The translations under genes and the position numbers were made by a program. Source: Podarcis bocagei (taxonomy: Eukaryota). Taken from it: a stretch of DNA of 64,000 nucleotides. The notes beneath the pieces are model-generated. The model saw nothing but the letters and a program-made list of their open reading frames with translations, was not told where the DNA came from and ran no database searches. The stretch lies in assembly GCA_964188305.1 (NCBI GenBank), contig OZ076894.1, one strand, 5' to 3'. Every line of letters starts with the position of its first letter. Positions within the stretch are counted from its first letter, which is position 1. Shown here piece by piece: positions 12,078-24,774 of this stretch.

Positions 12078-14271
12078 TGGTGCCGTGCCCAGAAGGGTCC
12101 GGGGGTCTCCCTCCCCAAGGAGAGGAAAAGGAGCCATGGGGTGAGGGGGCTGCCTCCCCCCATCAGTCCACACCAGTCAACCTGCCACAGAGCCGCAGCG
12201 TGGAGGGATTGCACCAGCCTTTTTATTGTTCAAATCTGTCCAGTTTAACTTGCAGAGCCCCCCACCCCCGATGAAAGGATGGGAGGAGAGAAGGGAAGAC
12301 ACACACACTGTATTGAGGAGGTCGCAATAAACTCCTGTGAGGCGCCTGTTTTCAAACTGCTTCTCCTTCAGAGTCTTTCTTCGGGGGGGGGGGAGGCTGC
12401 TTTATCCCAGAATCAGGACAAGCCCCTCCCCACCCCTGGCAGCAATGTAACTTCCTAGTCTGTGGCTTAGGAAGGGGGGTGCAGGGGGTGCGGTCCGCCC
12501 CGGGTGTCATCACTGAGGGGGGTGACAAAAAATAACTCCCGCACCCACCACACGCCCTTTCCTACGCCACTGCAGAAGCCCAGATAGCTGGGTGAGGTGG
12601 GGGGCACTGGGCGCCACGCCGGGGGGCCTGCAGCCTGCCTGAGCCACGCGTCTCTCCTGAGGGCGAGGCGGCGGGCGGACTGCCTGCAAGCTCCACGCTG
12701 CTTTTTCAAGGGCTTGCGTCTGCCCACCGCCTCAGCCAGCCTACAGCTGAGAGGATGCTGTGGAGACGGTTCGCGCAGCGCGCCCTGTCTTAGCTCGCCC
12801 TTCCCCGCGGGCGGCCTGCTCTGCCCCCGGCTGCAGGGCGTGCGCACCACCCCAGGCACCCGAGTGGCTAGCTATGCTGCTGTTCCAAGTCCCCTGGCAG
12901 AGGAGGGGGGCACTGCAGGACCCGGATTGGGGCACCAGTAAAGTTCAACCAATGATCTTTATTATAAGATACTGACTATTGGGGAAGTGACCCCCACATT
13001 TGGGTTTATTGTTTCAAGCTCTGAAATATTTTGGCCACAACTGATGCAAAGTGTGTAAAATCAAAGACCTACATGGGAATTTAACCAGCAGTTTTTAAAA
13101 TTGTAGCTGGAGTGGGGAGATTCCTCCCCTTCTGTCTCATCTGCTAGAAAAAAATGGGGTGTCGTCACCCAGTGAAGTTGATAGGCCAGAGGATCAAGTC
13201 CTTCTGTGGGCCAGAGGCAAGTGCCTGGGTGAGGAGAGACTTTCTGGTGGCCCCGAGGAACTAAAGGGGAGGGGGCAACCCCTTGCCCTCATCTGCCATG
13301 GCCAGACTTGATCGGGGAGGGTCCCTTTCTGCACCCGCAAGGCCCTCAGGGTGAGCACGAACCTCCAACTTCTTCCTTGCCCAACAGAGTGAGGCTGCTG
13401 GAGCTCTTGGCATGGCCTGGGCATGGCATGGCCCACGTGGGCTCCTGACCTCTGGCTTGGCATCCCCCATGGGCATCTCAAGGGCCTGAGCCTTTCCCAG
13501 GCAGTGGCTGCAGCAGCAGCAGCAAAGGGAGCTTGCGTCCTGCCTGCCCCTTTGCCCCCCATGGAGGGATCCAGTGAGGAAGAGACTGAGCTGCTTGGCA
13601 GGGAAGCTGTCAGCCCCCACGGTCCCAGAGGGGGGGCTATGGAAGGTGCTGGGGGCGCCCAGTAATCAGAGCACAGGAAGAGCCGGCTGGATGAGGCCAG
13701 TGGCCAGCCAATGGGAAGAAGTCCACAAGCAGGACCAAAGCCCAAACTCTGATTCCTTGTGATTCCCAGCAACTGGTATTGAGAGACCTCTGCCTCTGAT
13801 TCTGGAAGCAGGATATGGCCACTGTAGCTAGTGACCATTCCTAGCCTTCTTTTCCACAACCTCGTTTAAAGCCATTCAAGTGGGCTTTTCCCTCTTGTGG
13901 CAGTGAGTTCCACAGGTCTATCGAGGGGCTGTGTGAAGTCCATTCTCCTGCCTGTTCCAAATCTCTGGCTATGATTTCAGCTTCCAAGGATGCATGTCCA
14001 GATAAGCAGCTCTAGTTGCAAGACCAAGGAAGGGAGGAGCTGCCAGTCAGAGTGGGCTATGCTGGGCTCACCGAGGCAAGTGGAACCTTCCTTCGGTTTT
14101 GCCTTGTGCAACAAGGTCAGGATTAGGGAGGCGCCAGGAGAAGGCCAAATGCTGGTCTGCAGCACTCTCTGCTGGTGGCGAGGAGAAGTGCGGGCTCTCT
14201 ATGGAGTGTCAAAAGTTAAAGGATAAATATAGAACATCATGGAAGGGGAAGGGGAAGTCAGTGAATAAATT

Positions 14272-14385
14272 CAGTGCTTTTTTTCTATAAAAAAAATGTT
14301 GAGGGGTACTCTCATTTTGACTCCAGAAAATCACAATTTTATAGTTCAAATCGTACCCCTGCATCCCCCCAGAAAACAAACACTG
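14272..14385. mobile_element. hAT-type MITE
   Basis: Imperfect TIRs CAGTGCTTTTTTTCT / AGAAAACAAACACTG. 8-bp TSD AATAAATT / GATAAATT. Confidence 0.6.
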
Positions 14386-15249
14386 GATAAATTAGATGTT
14401 AAAGTATGTAAACTTTTGAAAACTAAATAGACAAAAATAAGAGCAGTGTGGGGTCCAGCCAGGGACTGGAGAAAAGAGAGGTGCCCCCAGCCAGGCTGAG
14501 AGCAGCAGCTCCCCCCAGCGACATCGGGTGCTCCCCCCAGAGACGGAGGAGGCCTCAATCCAAGGCAGCCCACGCTTCTACCGGTACACAGGAGCCAACT
14601 CCTAAGGTCTGAGGTCCCTTTGGCTCCACCAATAACATATTTGAGGGCGCTTCTTACCCCATGGCATTGCCAGGACATGGTGCCCCTCACTCCACACCCA
14701 AAGCGCAACTACTCTCCCCCATACATTAAAAATAAATGCCTGGTAGACTTTTTTAGGATTTTGAAAAACAGGATTTATTTCGAATGAAGCAACGGCATGT
14801 TCCAGTAGATCAGCTGCCATGCTTTGCTGCAGATTGTCTTTCCAAAGCTCCTTGGATTGGCATGGGGGGGGTAGCGCAACCTCCAGATGTGGCCTTCCAG
14901 ATGTGTCCAGGCTCTAACTCCCAGCTGCTAGCAGGGCCCACAGGAGAGGAGGGGGAGGAAGGGAGCTGCTGCCGCTGCCACTGGAGTCCAGCAACCCAAT
15001 CCCCTCTGCCCCACTGCAGCAGGGAAAGTGGAGAGGGGGCTTTGGGGCTAAGTCCATGACACTCTTTATGAAGGCTGGGCCCCACAGCGGAGGCAAGGAA
15101 GGTTGTGTACACGGAAGTGGGTGGGTGAGGGTATCAGGTTTGATGCCGGGCTCTGCACCGCTTCTCAGGTGGTCTTGGGCAAGATGAGGCCGCGCAGCAG
15201 TTTGGTGGGGAGCTGGGGCGGGGTGTCCCAGCAGGCCCCTCGCGGCTTC

Positions 15250-18007
15250 TCACAGGCTGCTTGATGGAGAGGCAGCCAGACGCTTCCCAATGCAAATGCT
15301 GGAGAGAGGAGAGGAAGAGGGCAGTGAGTGAGGGGCTTGGTCAGGAGAGGCCAGGCCAGCAGCCCCCTCTCTTGCTACGCTCCTCCAGGCAAGTGGGAGA
15401 GGCAAGGGAAGGCTCTGAGCAGCAGAAGAACATGAGAAGAGGCTGCTGGATCAGGCCAGAGGAGACCCATCTAATCCAGCATCCGCTTCTGCAGCAGCCA
15501 GCCAGGTGCTCAGAGACGTCACCGCAGGTCTCTAGACGTTTTGGAGGGGAGGGGTAGGAGACAGGCACTATAGGGGGCTGGCTGCACTGGGCAGAATTAA
15601 GGGTGTTTCCGTAAAGGGAGAGAAAAATCAACCCTGTGAGAGAGGCGCTAACTGTGCCTGGTTCGTTGCCCCCCCCCACTCACCCAAGGCCAAAGGCCAA
15701 GACGTGGCTGAGCAGCAGAGAGGGGATGACCAGAAGCAGCAGCTGGGGGTCCCGCAACCCCCTCCTCCTGTGTAGAACCGGGCTGAGCAGGGGGGCACAC
15801 GCAGGGGGCAGGCAGGCCAGCTCCCTGCAGAGAGACAGACAGACAGAGTCCAAAGTGGGGCGAGAGTCTTGGGGGGGCTGCCTGAAGCCAGGACCCCCGG
15901 GGAAAGCCAGTGAAGAGCCATCCTTACTTTTGGTGCTCAGGGGGGCTGGGCCACGACCAGGGCAGGGTCCCCAGCTGGACAGACCCTTCAGCGTCTTCCC
16001 TCTGCAAAGAGAAAGTGCAGCATCCCATAATTTTTTTTAAGGATGAAGGGGGGCATATCACCTGGGCAACCATCTGGGCATGTCTTGTGGGTGGGTGTGA
16101 ACACACCTGTCTATGGAACTTGCGGTGCTTCATGGGTCAGTCACCACAATGACCCCTGAGATGAAACCTTTCAAGACCCCAGTTTGGTTGGCGCCTTCTC
16201 AGTCTGAGGCTACAAGCCCACAAGCCCATGGCCCAGGTGGCTCCTTTGCACACCTCAGCGTTGACACTCACCTGCCCTGGGCTCTGGTCCTCCACACCAG
16301 GCGCCTTCAGTGCAAGGAAGGAGCTGGAAACACAAGAAATGGAATCTGCTGGTGAGAAATTGCTCTCGCTGTCTGTGTGTTCATGCACAAGAGAGATTTC
16401 GCTGCCATGCTGTTTGTGAGCATGCTCAGAAGCTGCTGTGAAGCCCTTTAGAGGCTGATGCCCTCACTGGACCTAAATCTCTACCAGGCAAGACTTGTCC
16501 ACAGCCCGTGAGGATGCTCAGGTGAGTCCTTCAGAAGGCAGGAGCCTCCTGGGCAGGTGAAGAGGCTGGCCAATGGAGCCCTGCCTCAGACAGGAGAAGG
16601 GAGCCGAGTTATCCCCCACAGAAGCAGTCCAGGTCATCCTTGCAGGGGCTTTTGTGTGTCCTGACTGTGGCAGTCCCTGGAAGACGTCTGGCGGCCACTC
16701 CCAGGCCGGTCTTTCTGGGGGAGCAGCTATAGAAACCAGAGCCCACACAGCAAAGGCTCCTTGTGACTAAAAGCCAGGAAGAACTTTCTGAGCTGTCTGG
16801 CAGTGGAACAGACTCTCTAGGGCGGCGGTGGAGTCTCCTTCCTTGGAGATTTTAATGCAGAGGTTGGATGGCGTCTGTCATGTTGTTGAGTTCCTGCATT
16901 TCAGGGGGTTTGACTAGATGGGCCTTGGAGGTCCCTTCTAACTCTACAACTCTGTGATTCCATGATTCTTCCAGCTCTGGCACATTTATAGTGTCAGGAT
17001 GTGGGGTTCACATCCTCAGGTTCGTGTGGCAAGGTGGAGCCCAAAGAAAATCAGCCAGACGCTCCAATTTCTCAGTGAGAAGTTCAGAAATACAAATCTC
17101 AAAGAGGAGAGGCGATTTGGTTCAAACTTTGACGTTTCAGAGCATCCCAAAAGGGAAGGGAACAGAACCGCGAGTACTGAGTACTGTGCGATAATTACCT
17201 AGCATTAAAAGGAGCTGACCGGAATTTGCTTAGGAGCGCAGTTATGCCAACTCCAGTAAAAGCCTAAGGAGCCCCACATGCAGCCCCATAGCCTGGGGGG
17301 GGGGAAGTCGAGTCAGGCTCACGGGAGGACTTGGAAGGAAGAGCTGGCCTCCCCCTGGGTACGCAGTGGGCCGCCCCCTGGGTACGCAGCCCTGAGCAGG
17401 GGTTAAGGAAGGGGCGAAGAGCCAGGGATGCCCAGTAGCGCCTTCTGACTCTGAGGGACTGATCTGCCGTCCCCTCACCCGAGACCCGGCAGTCCAAGCT
17501 TGGTCTCCCGCCGCCCCCCGGTGTCGTCGCTTCCCGGCCCTTCGGAGCTAGCAGCCGCCGCCCGCTTGTCCACCACAGAGCCTCCCTTTCGCCTGCTGCG
17601 CTCACAGCCAGTTGCAAGGAGTTCCGCCGACCCCGCTGCCCACGAAAGAGTCACCTGCCCACGACCACCTACCCCTCGGCCCGCGGCGGCTCCACCTCCA
17701 GCTGCGCTTCCAGCAGGATCCGTTCCATGTCGCGGTGGGGCGCACAGGCCGGCGTAGGGGGCTCCTCCAGGTCAAGTGGGGGCACCTCCACCCAGGAGCC
17801 TAGGAAGCGGGCAGGCAGGCAGGAAGTCGCAGTTAGAGGGACCGAACTGGATCCCCCCACCGCCTGGGGGACGCTGCTGCAGCTGCTGGGGGGGGGGAGT
17901 CCCAGAACCCCTACCCCAATCTGGCCCCTCAAGGGACCCGGCGCGGGAGCGCGCTTCTCCTCCCTCCCCCACTCACTCTGCAGGGCGTCTTCCCGGGGCG
18001 CCTCCAT
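15250..18007 (-). CDS. BNIP3/BNIP3L(NIX)-family mitophagy receptor paralogue, 6 coding exons, 157 aa
   Basis: Exons 17977-18007, 17673-17799, 16272-16323, 15928-16001, 15684-15824 and 15250-15298. All GT-AG, 474 nt, frame continuous. Protein: MEAPREDALQSSWVEV (LIR)...DMERILLEAQLE...WSWPSPPEHQK...VIPSLLLSHVLAFGLGICIGKRL (TM with SH-xx-A-x-G-x-G dimer motif). Candidate AATAAA on - strand at 14774-14779. Confidence 0.9.
16770..16965 (+). repeat. CR1 LINE 3' fragment in BNIP3-like intron 2
   Basis: aggaagaactttctga...cagtggaacagact...ggagtctccttccttggag...CR1 tail. Confidence 0.7.
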
Positions 18008-18080
18008 CGCTCCGCTGCCTGGGCTCCCTCCCGGTGCCAGGCAGGTGCCCGTCCCATTAGCCAGCCGGCCAGCTGGAGGC

Positions 18081-18090
18081 CACGTGACGC
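18081..18090 (-). promoter_or_regulatory. E-box/HRE/CLEAR-like element upstream of the BNIP3-like ATG
   Basis: GCGTCACGTG(GC) on the - strand about 75 bp upstream of the ATG, within a CpG island. A second TACGTG lies at 19029-19034. Confidence 0.5.
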
Positions 18091-18479
18091 CCAGCCGGCT
18101 CCCTTCTGTAAACAGAAGCGCCGGGCACCCTCGCGCCTTAAAAGGGCGACGCCAGCCTGCTCCGGGGAGGGGTGGGGACCCCAGCCGGCAAGGGACAGGG
18201 GAAGGGGCGCCGCTCCGTATGCCAATATCGGACGGGCTGCTGCTGCCCCAGGAAGACGGAGCCGGCTCATTTCCAGCTGCTCCGGAAGGGAGAACCCGTC
18301 CCGAACCATTGGATCCAAAGGCTAAGGAACGAAATTCTGTCTTTCGACAGGAAGAGCAGCGGAGTCTCTCCCTCGTAGGAGGGATGCTTTGGCAGGGGTT
18401 GGACTAGATGACCCCTGGGTGCTTCCATCTCTGCAATTCTAGGGCTCTGGGGGGAAGGCTTCCTGAACATCACACCGTC

Positions 18480-18920
18480 GAGTCAGAATCAGAATTCAAA
18501 ATGACCGGAACAGATTGGAGAACTGCGCACAAGCTAAGAAAATGAATTTCATTAGGGACAAAGGTGAACAAAGAGAGGGCGGGCAGCGCCGGATTTAAGT
18601 ATAAGCTAAAGAAGCTCTAGCTTAGGGTCCCGCTCTCTTGGGCCCCCCAAAGTTACCATGCAGCATATACTGCATTCAACACAAAAAACAGCGGCAATTT
18701 GCTGTTGACAACGGACAGCTGGGCACATAAAGGGAAGGAGCGGAGGGTCTCATCCAACCGCAATCCGGCCCCGAGGCGGGGGACGCCGGGCTTACTAGCA
18801 GGCAGGTGAAAAGGATCTCGGGGTCTGGCCGGACCACAAGCTTCACGCGAGTCCACGGTGTGATGCAGCAGCAAAAAGGGCGAATGCTATTCCAGGCTGC
18901 ATCAAGAGAAGTCCTAGTCC
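18480..18920 (+). repeat. Degenerate CR1 ORF2 fragment
   Basis: tgtgatgcagcagcaaaaagggcgaatgctattccaggctgcatcaa; matches the reverse-complement copy at 38940-39380. Confidence 0.55.
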
Positions 18921-20646
18921 GGCTGTTTCTTTCGGCCTCGCGCTGCTGCCCGCCGGTATTTCAACGAGCCACGGAAGGAGGGAGCCAACTCCGGGCCGCC
19001 TCCTGTCGCCCCTTTAAGAGTAGCCGGCTACGTGCTCCATGAATGAATGCGCGCCCGGGAGGGGCGCAGCCAGACATGCCGAGCTGCACGCATCTCCCGC
19101 CCGGGAGGAGGAGGCTGACCTGGGCCGACCCCGCGAGCCGAGCAGAAGGGAGCAGCTGCCCGCCCCCCGCCCAGCATCCTCCGGAGCGCGCCGCGCGCCC
19201 CCGTCTCCCGGGCAGCCTTCCTCGCCCCTCTCCTCCTCGCAGCATCATCTGCTCACGACTGAACAATTTAGGCTGCCCCACTGATTCAGAGACCTGGAAG
19301 GGGACCCCCCCACAAGGGACATCTAGTCTAGCGCCCCCCCCCCTTGCAGGAAGCGCTCATCGAAAGGATGCCCAGAATACAGGCAGCAAAGATGCAGTTC
19401 CTCCTGCCACACTCGCAGCCACTGGTTTCTGGCAGGTGTGGGGAGCAGCCCCCTTGCCTCCTCAGGGTCGCCTAAGACCCCCCCCCCCCAGGAACTGCCA
19501 CCTCCCCAGGTGGTCAGGAAGGTTCCCTTTGTCCAAAGCACAGGCAGCCAATCGGACAGAGGGACAGCCACCCACTTTCAACTCCTATGTGATTTTCAAG
19601 GCTCAGGTTGCGTGTAATGGGTCCCCCTCTCAAGGAAAACAGCATGCAGTGGCTGGGCTTTCTTTTCTGAGGGGAGCAGAAGGGCTGGCCCCACAACCCT
19701 CCTCAAGGATCCAAAGGCGTCCCCTTTGGGGCACCTGCTCTGCATTCTGGCTGTGCCTGAATTTTGCGGCAAGACTGCCGCCCCAAGGAGACCAAAGGAA
19801 AGCAGCAGCCATCCTGCTAAGCGAAGAGCAGCTATAAAAGGCCGCCAGGCATGGGAAGGGAGCCCATGAGTCATCTAGTCCACCCCTCACAATGCAAGAA
19901 TCACCCCCAACACTACTATCACCCCCAACCCCACTATCCAGCAGCCCCTTCACTGTAAAGCGCGCAAAGCTAAAGCAGACTCTCACCACACAGAAACAGA
20001 AATTAGAGACACAAGATGGTGAGGACACAAAAACCAGCCACTCAAAAGCACTTGGGACGGAGCTTCGTGTGGCTCAGGCTGGGTCAGGACAGGAGGACCT
20101 GGCTGGATGCAGGAGACAGCTCAGCCCGCCAGCTGAGTGACTCAGGGGCCCACCCCCTCCGGAGCCAGGGCACAGAGGGGAGAGCCAGAGGGAAGGCAGC
20201 CTGCCCCCCCCGGCCCGTCCTAGCAGCAGCTGCGGTGGCGGAACAAGGACCCGTTGTGTCTCCCTTAGCGGGGCTTCTGCTGCCTCTCAAGCAGAGTCAA
20301 CAGCAGCGAAGGAAGGCGCGTCCGAGAGGATGAGAATTAGAGTAACGTTTATTTTGATAGTGAAAGCTTGCCCCCTCCCACCCACCCTCTGAGGCAGGCC
20401 GTCGGTGGCCCTGGCTGTGTGGCAGGGCGATGTGGAGTCCGGGCCTTGCAGCGGGCAGGGTGGGGGCTGGGAGCCTCCCTCTTGCCCTGCGGAAACGTCA
20501 GGCGGGATGGGCACACACCACTCAAGGGCAGCCACGGACACACTGCCAACCCCACATGGGTCCAGCGGGGCGGCAGTGTCTGCAGCAACCCTCCAGAAAG
20601 ATCCAGAGTTGATCAAGCCAGCAGTCCTCAAGAAAACACCAGCTGG

Positions 20647-23600
20647 TCAGTGGCTCCCCTCCTTTGGCGCCATCCCATGCTTCTCCATGAATCTCCTGCG
20701 AAGGCAAGAGGAGCCTCATCAGCACATGGCGGCACAGAGCTGCTCAGCCAGAGCAAGCGTGGATGGGCTGGGGGGGGGTGTCAGAGAGAGACTGCTGGGG
20801 GGGGGGCACCCCTTGCTCCCTCTGCAACAGGGAAAGGGTCCCGGCCTCACCTCCTGGCGTAGTCGTACAGCAGCCGCTTCCGCTCCTGGAGGGACATGTG
20901 CCTTGCCTCTGGGGACCGGGCAAAGAGCTTCATGGGGGCCTGCAGAGAGAGGGAGGAGGAAGGGGGGCAGGAGCTCAGCCTTGAGAAGCCCCAGCACCTC
21001 TTCAGCCCCCCCACATGGCCCCCAGTGCCTGTTCCCTCCCTCCTCCTTGGGGTGGGAGGTGGTGAATACCGGGGTCAGGGGAGCAGAGGCGAGGTAGTGA
21101 GCGCCAGAGATGGACGGGGCAGCCGAGGAATCCTCTGCCTCCGCCTCGCTGGGGATGAAGGGAACCCGCCCCTCCAGGAGATTGGCAATGGTCGCATCCA
21201 CACAGTTCGTCCGAGCTGGAAGAGAGAGACAAGGAGACCAGATCACTGACCACAGGCTGGGTGATCCTCTCTCAGGAGCGCTTCAGTTGGAATGCCTGCA
21301 CTGCAGGGGGCTGCACTAGGGCTGCAATTCTGTGTTTCTACTGCCCTCCCCAACCCTCCTGGGTATGAGAATCCGCCCTCAAGCTCTTACCCAAATGCTC
21401 CCCCCCCACCCGGGAGCCTCTCCCCCCCCCACACACCACGCACCTAGATCCTTGCGGATGACTGCCAGGGGCACGTGGGGCAGGACTTCTTTGACACGCT
21501 GAGCCATGCCACTCCAGCGGACATCCTCTGCAGAGGCGACACTGGGGAAAGCTCGGTCGTGGGACCCCGAAGGCTGGCTTGGAGCTGAAAGGAAGGAAGG
21601 CAAGGGGAAAGGGGGCGGCTGAGGCACAGAGGCCTGGGGGGGGGGACACAGCCCCCATGGTGGCCTGGATCCTCCCTGCCTCCCTGCCAGCCACTGCTAA
21701 GCAGAGTGGGCAAGACCCTCGCCACCCACCAGGAGAGAGCTGGGAGCAGGCAGAGCCCAGGCAGGAGTCACCCAGGGCTTGGAGCTCTGCCAGCAAGCAG
21801 ACCTATGGAGGCAGGGGAGACGAACTGCTTCCGCCCCACTCACCTGGGGGGCTGTAGGGGGCTGAGGGGCTGTGGCGCAATCGCTTCAGGTGCTCGGCTT
21901 TGTCAGCAGCAGTGAGTCGAGTCGACACCACACCCAGCTCCAGGGCCAGGAGCTGCAGGGAGGAGAGAGGCAGGCCAGGGCTCAGCTGGGAAGCTCCCCA
22001 GTCCAGGCTCTGACACAGCCTGAGCGGACAGAGGCAGCGTCTCAGCACGGGCATCACGCCCCCCACCCCACCGCTGAGGAACATGCCAGACCACGGCCGT
22101 GCCAGTCAGTCTTTCATGCCACCCCCCCAAGCCCTCTGCTCCTACCTCCTGAACCCGCAGCGCAAACTCCTCGCGGGTTTCTTCAACTCGTCTGCCGATG
22201 GGTGGAAGCCACCTGGGGAGGAAGGAAGGGAAGAGGGGAGGACAAGCCCCAGGCTACCCAGGTGACCTGCCTCCCCCTTCCCCAAAACAGGGACCAAACT
22301 TCCCCCCTTTGGCAAAGGCAGAGAGAGGGGCTCAAGAGGAGAGGCTGCCTTCCCTTCCGCTCTGAGAGCCTCTCTCCTCTCCTTCCGTCCAGGCCCCCCC
22401 TCCTCCCCCATGCAAGGAAGTAGCAGAGACTGTTAGTACCTTACTTGATAAACAGTGAAGGGCACAAAGAACGTCCAGAGCAGCTCCGTCACCCAGGAGG
22501 CGTCAGCCACACTCTTGGGGGGGGGGGAGAAAGAAAAGAGTAAAAAGCCAAGAGGGGTGGGGGCTGCTGCAAGTGCAAGCCCTGGCCCTTGGGATGGGGG
22601 AGGAAGCACCCATCACAAACACCCATTGCTGGGGGGATGTTCCTTTGGGTTCTGCTTTACAGCAGCAAATAGACAGCCCCCCCCCCACTCACCACAGCGA
22701 CAAAAGGCCTCTGGACTTGCAGAGCCACTGGCTGGACGCTGTCCAAGATGGAGAAGGGCCATGAGCTGGAGAGGGAAGGGTGCAGTCAGTGGGGCAACGC
22801 TCAGCAGGAGACTCCCCCCACCCCGCTGTTTGCGGGCTTCCCCGAGGCACTTGGGCAGCCAAAATCAGAACCAGATTGCAGGCTGGATGGCCCTTGGCCT
22901 GATCCCGGGGGATCTTCTCTGGTGCCTGGCGCCAGGCCAGAGGCTCTGCCCACCTGAAGCGCAGGAGACCCACGCGGCCGTTGGTGGTCGTCTCCTCGGG
23001 GAAGAGCAGCAGGGGCGGGTTGCCCCCCTGGGAGGAGTAGGCCTTCAGGGACTCCAGCAGCTCGGCTCGGCTCTCTGCACCCCCCACCTCCAGGAAGCCC
23101 CGGGACCAGCAGATGAAGCCGGAGGTGCCGTTCAGCACGGGCTGTTGGGAAGAGAATCCGTCAGGGCCTGCCTGGCTCTCCACTGGTGGGGATTGGGACC
23201 TGCAGCCCTGGGGAAGCCAGCCCCCAGGGACCACAAGGGGGCAGCCATCAGGGCTAGAGGCAGGGGGCAGCCATCAGGGCTAGAGCCCGCTCCTCTGCTG
23301 TGAATTTGTCTCATCCACTTTTAAAGCCATCCAAGTTGGTGGCCAGCACAAACTCTTGTGGGAGCTAAATCCATTGTTTAAATTATGTGCTGCATGAAAC
23401 TGTATCCATTATTATTTATTATTATTTCTTAACATTTCATTCTGCCCTATATCTGTAGCAGTTCACAACATAAAGTTCCAGCAGAACATCCCTAGAGAGA
23501 GCATTTCACAAATGGGGAGCCACCACAGAAAAGGCCTGTTCTTGTGTACATGAATACACGTACAATCACACACACGCACAAATGGCAATGATTATTACGA

Positions 23601-24585
23601 TAAGGTGAACTCCCAAAGGTGCACATTCAAGGCTGAGAGTTGGAAAAATCAGGATGAATAAAATAAAGTTATTCTTCATGCAGTGCATAGTTAAACTATG
23701 GAACTCCCTCCTGCAGGAGCCAGTGCTGGCTACCAGCCTAGATGGTTTTTAAAGAGAAGGAGAGAACTGCACTGCTACCACAATGGCTTGGCTCTGCTTT
23801 CACAGTCTGATGCAATAGCACTTCTGGATGGCAGGAACCAGAGGAGGGGCGAGGGCTCTGGTGCCGAAATCCTGCTGGGGCATCTGGTGGGTGCCCGGGA
23901 GAACGGGGGGGGGGGGGCTGATCCAGCGGGTGCTTCTTACCTTGCCAAAGGCTGCGCTAACAAGACCTGCATCTCTCTGAAGCAAGGGGAGAAAGTGCGT
24001 GAGGCCCGGAGGCGGCTGAGCAGGCCGGACCTCTGCACCTTCCTCGGGCAGAAGCGTGCCTTTGCTGTGCCTCCGGCCCCTGGCGCTGCCCCCCGGCCCG
24101 GCCGCCCCTCCTCCCCCCCGCCCGCTCACCGCGTTGCAGGAGGTGAGCAGGTTGAGGACGTTGTGGTCGAAGTGGGTGACGTGGTTGGCGATGAAGACGC
24201 GCGCGCGGAGGCTGCGCTGGCGGGGGTCGCCCTGGCGCACGAGCACGCCCAGCACCGAGCACATCACGCGCACGATGAAGCGGCGCGGGGCGCTGTCCGG
24301 GAGCGCGCAGCTGACCAGGAAGACGTGCAGCCCGAGGAAGAGGCGCAGCAGCAGCAGCGCCAGCCCCACCGGCGCGTAGAGCAGCAGCGAGAGCAGGACG
24401 CGCGGGCCCTCGCCGGGGAGCCTGCGGGGGGGGGAGACGGAGGAGGAGGAGGGCGGTGAGCGGCGAGGAGGGAGGGAGGGAGGCCCGGCCCCCCCCCGCC
24501 CCGCCCCGGAGGGCCCCCTCCCTCACCGGTGCGCGTCGAAGAGCCGGTCGGGCGCCACGGGGGCGGCGGCGGAAGAGGCGTCCAT
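20647..24585 (-). CDS. AUP1: Lipid droplet-regulating VLDL assembly factor AUP1, 11 coding exons, ~428 aa
   Basis: Exons 24527-24585, 24130-24421, 22954-23141, 22693-22765, 22440-22513, 22146-22212, 21844-21952, 21444-21584, 21070-21215, 20851-20939 and 20647-20695. Motifs [37 protein letters not shown] ([14 protein letters not shown]) and G2BR ([20 protein letters not shown]). AATAAA on - strand at 20348-20353. Confidence 0.95.
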
Positions 24586-24774
24586 GCTGCCCGCGGTCCG
24601 GAGGCGCCGCTCAGCGGGACGCGGCCGAGGCCTGACGGGCCGCCGCTGCCATCTTGGTCGCGCCCGCTCCGGGGGGAAGTGCGTCACCGCGCCCGACGCC
24701 GACGCCCCGCCCCTTCCGCCGCCGCCCGCCCGGACTACGTTTCCCGGCGTGCCCCGCGAGGCGGCCCCAGCAGC
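24586..24774. promoter_or_regulatory. Bidirectional AUP1/HTRA2 promoter with ZNF143 SBS-, YY1- and ETS-like sites
   Basis: 189 bp between divergent ATGs. GGACTACGTTTCCCGGCGTGCCCCGCG (24732-24758) fits the ACTAC-TCCC ZNF143 motif. GCCATCTT near 24648 and GGAAGTG near 24675. Confidence 0.75.

Noticed and set aside
12400-20300. DQX1/TLX2 expected from human synteny
   Set aside because: No DEAH helicase or homeobox exons seen. A BNIP3-like gene occupies the interval.
23238-23286. Short tandem duplication GGGGCAGCCATCAGGGCTAGAG (similar case near 17352-17390)
   Set aside because: Two-copy local duplication in an intron; not an array and no functional support.
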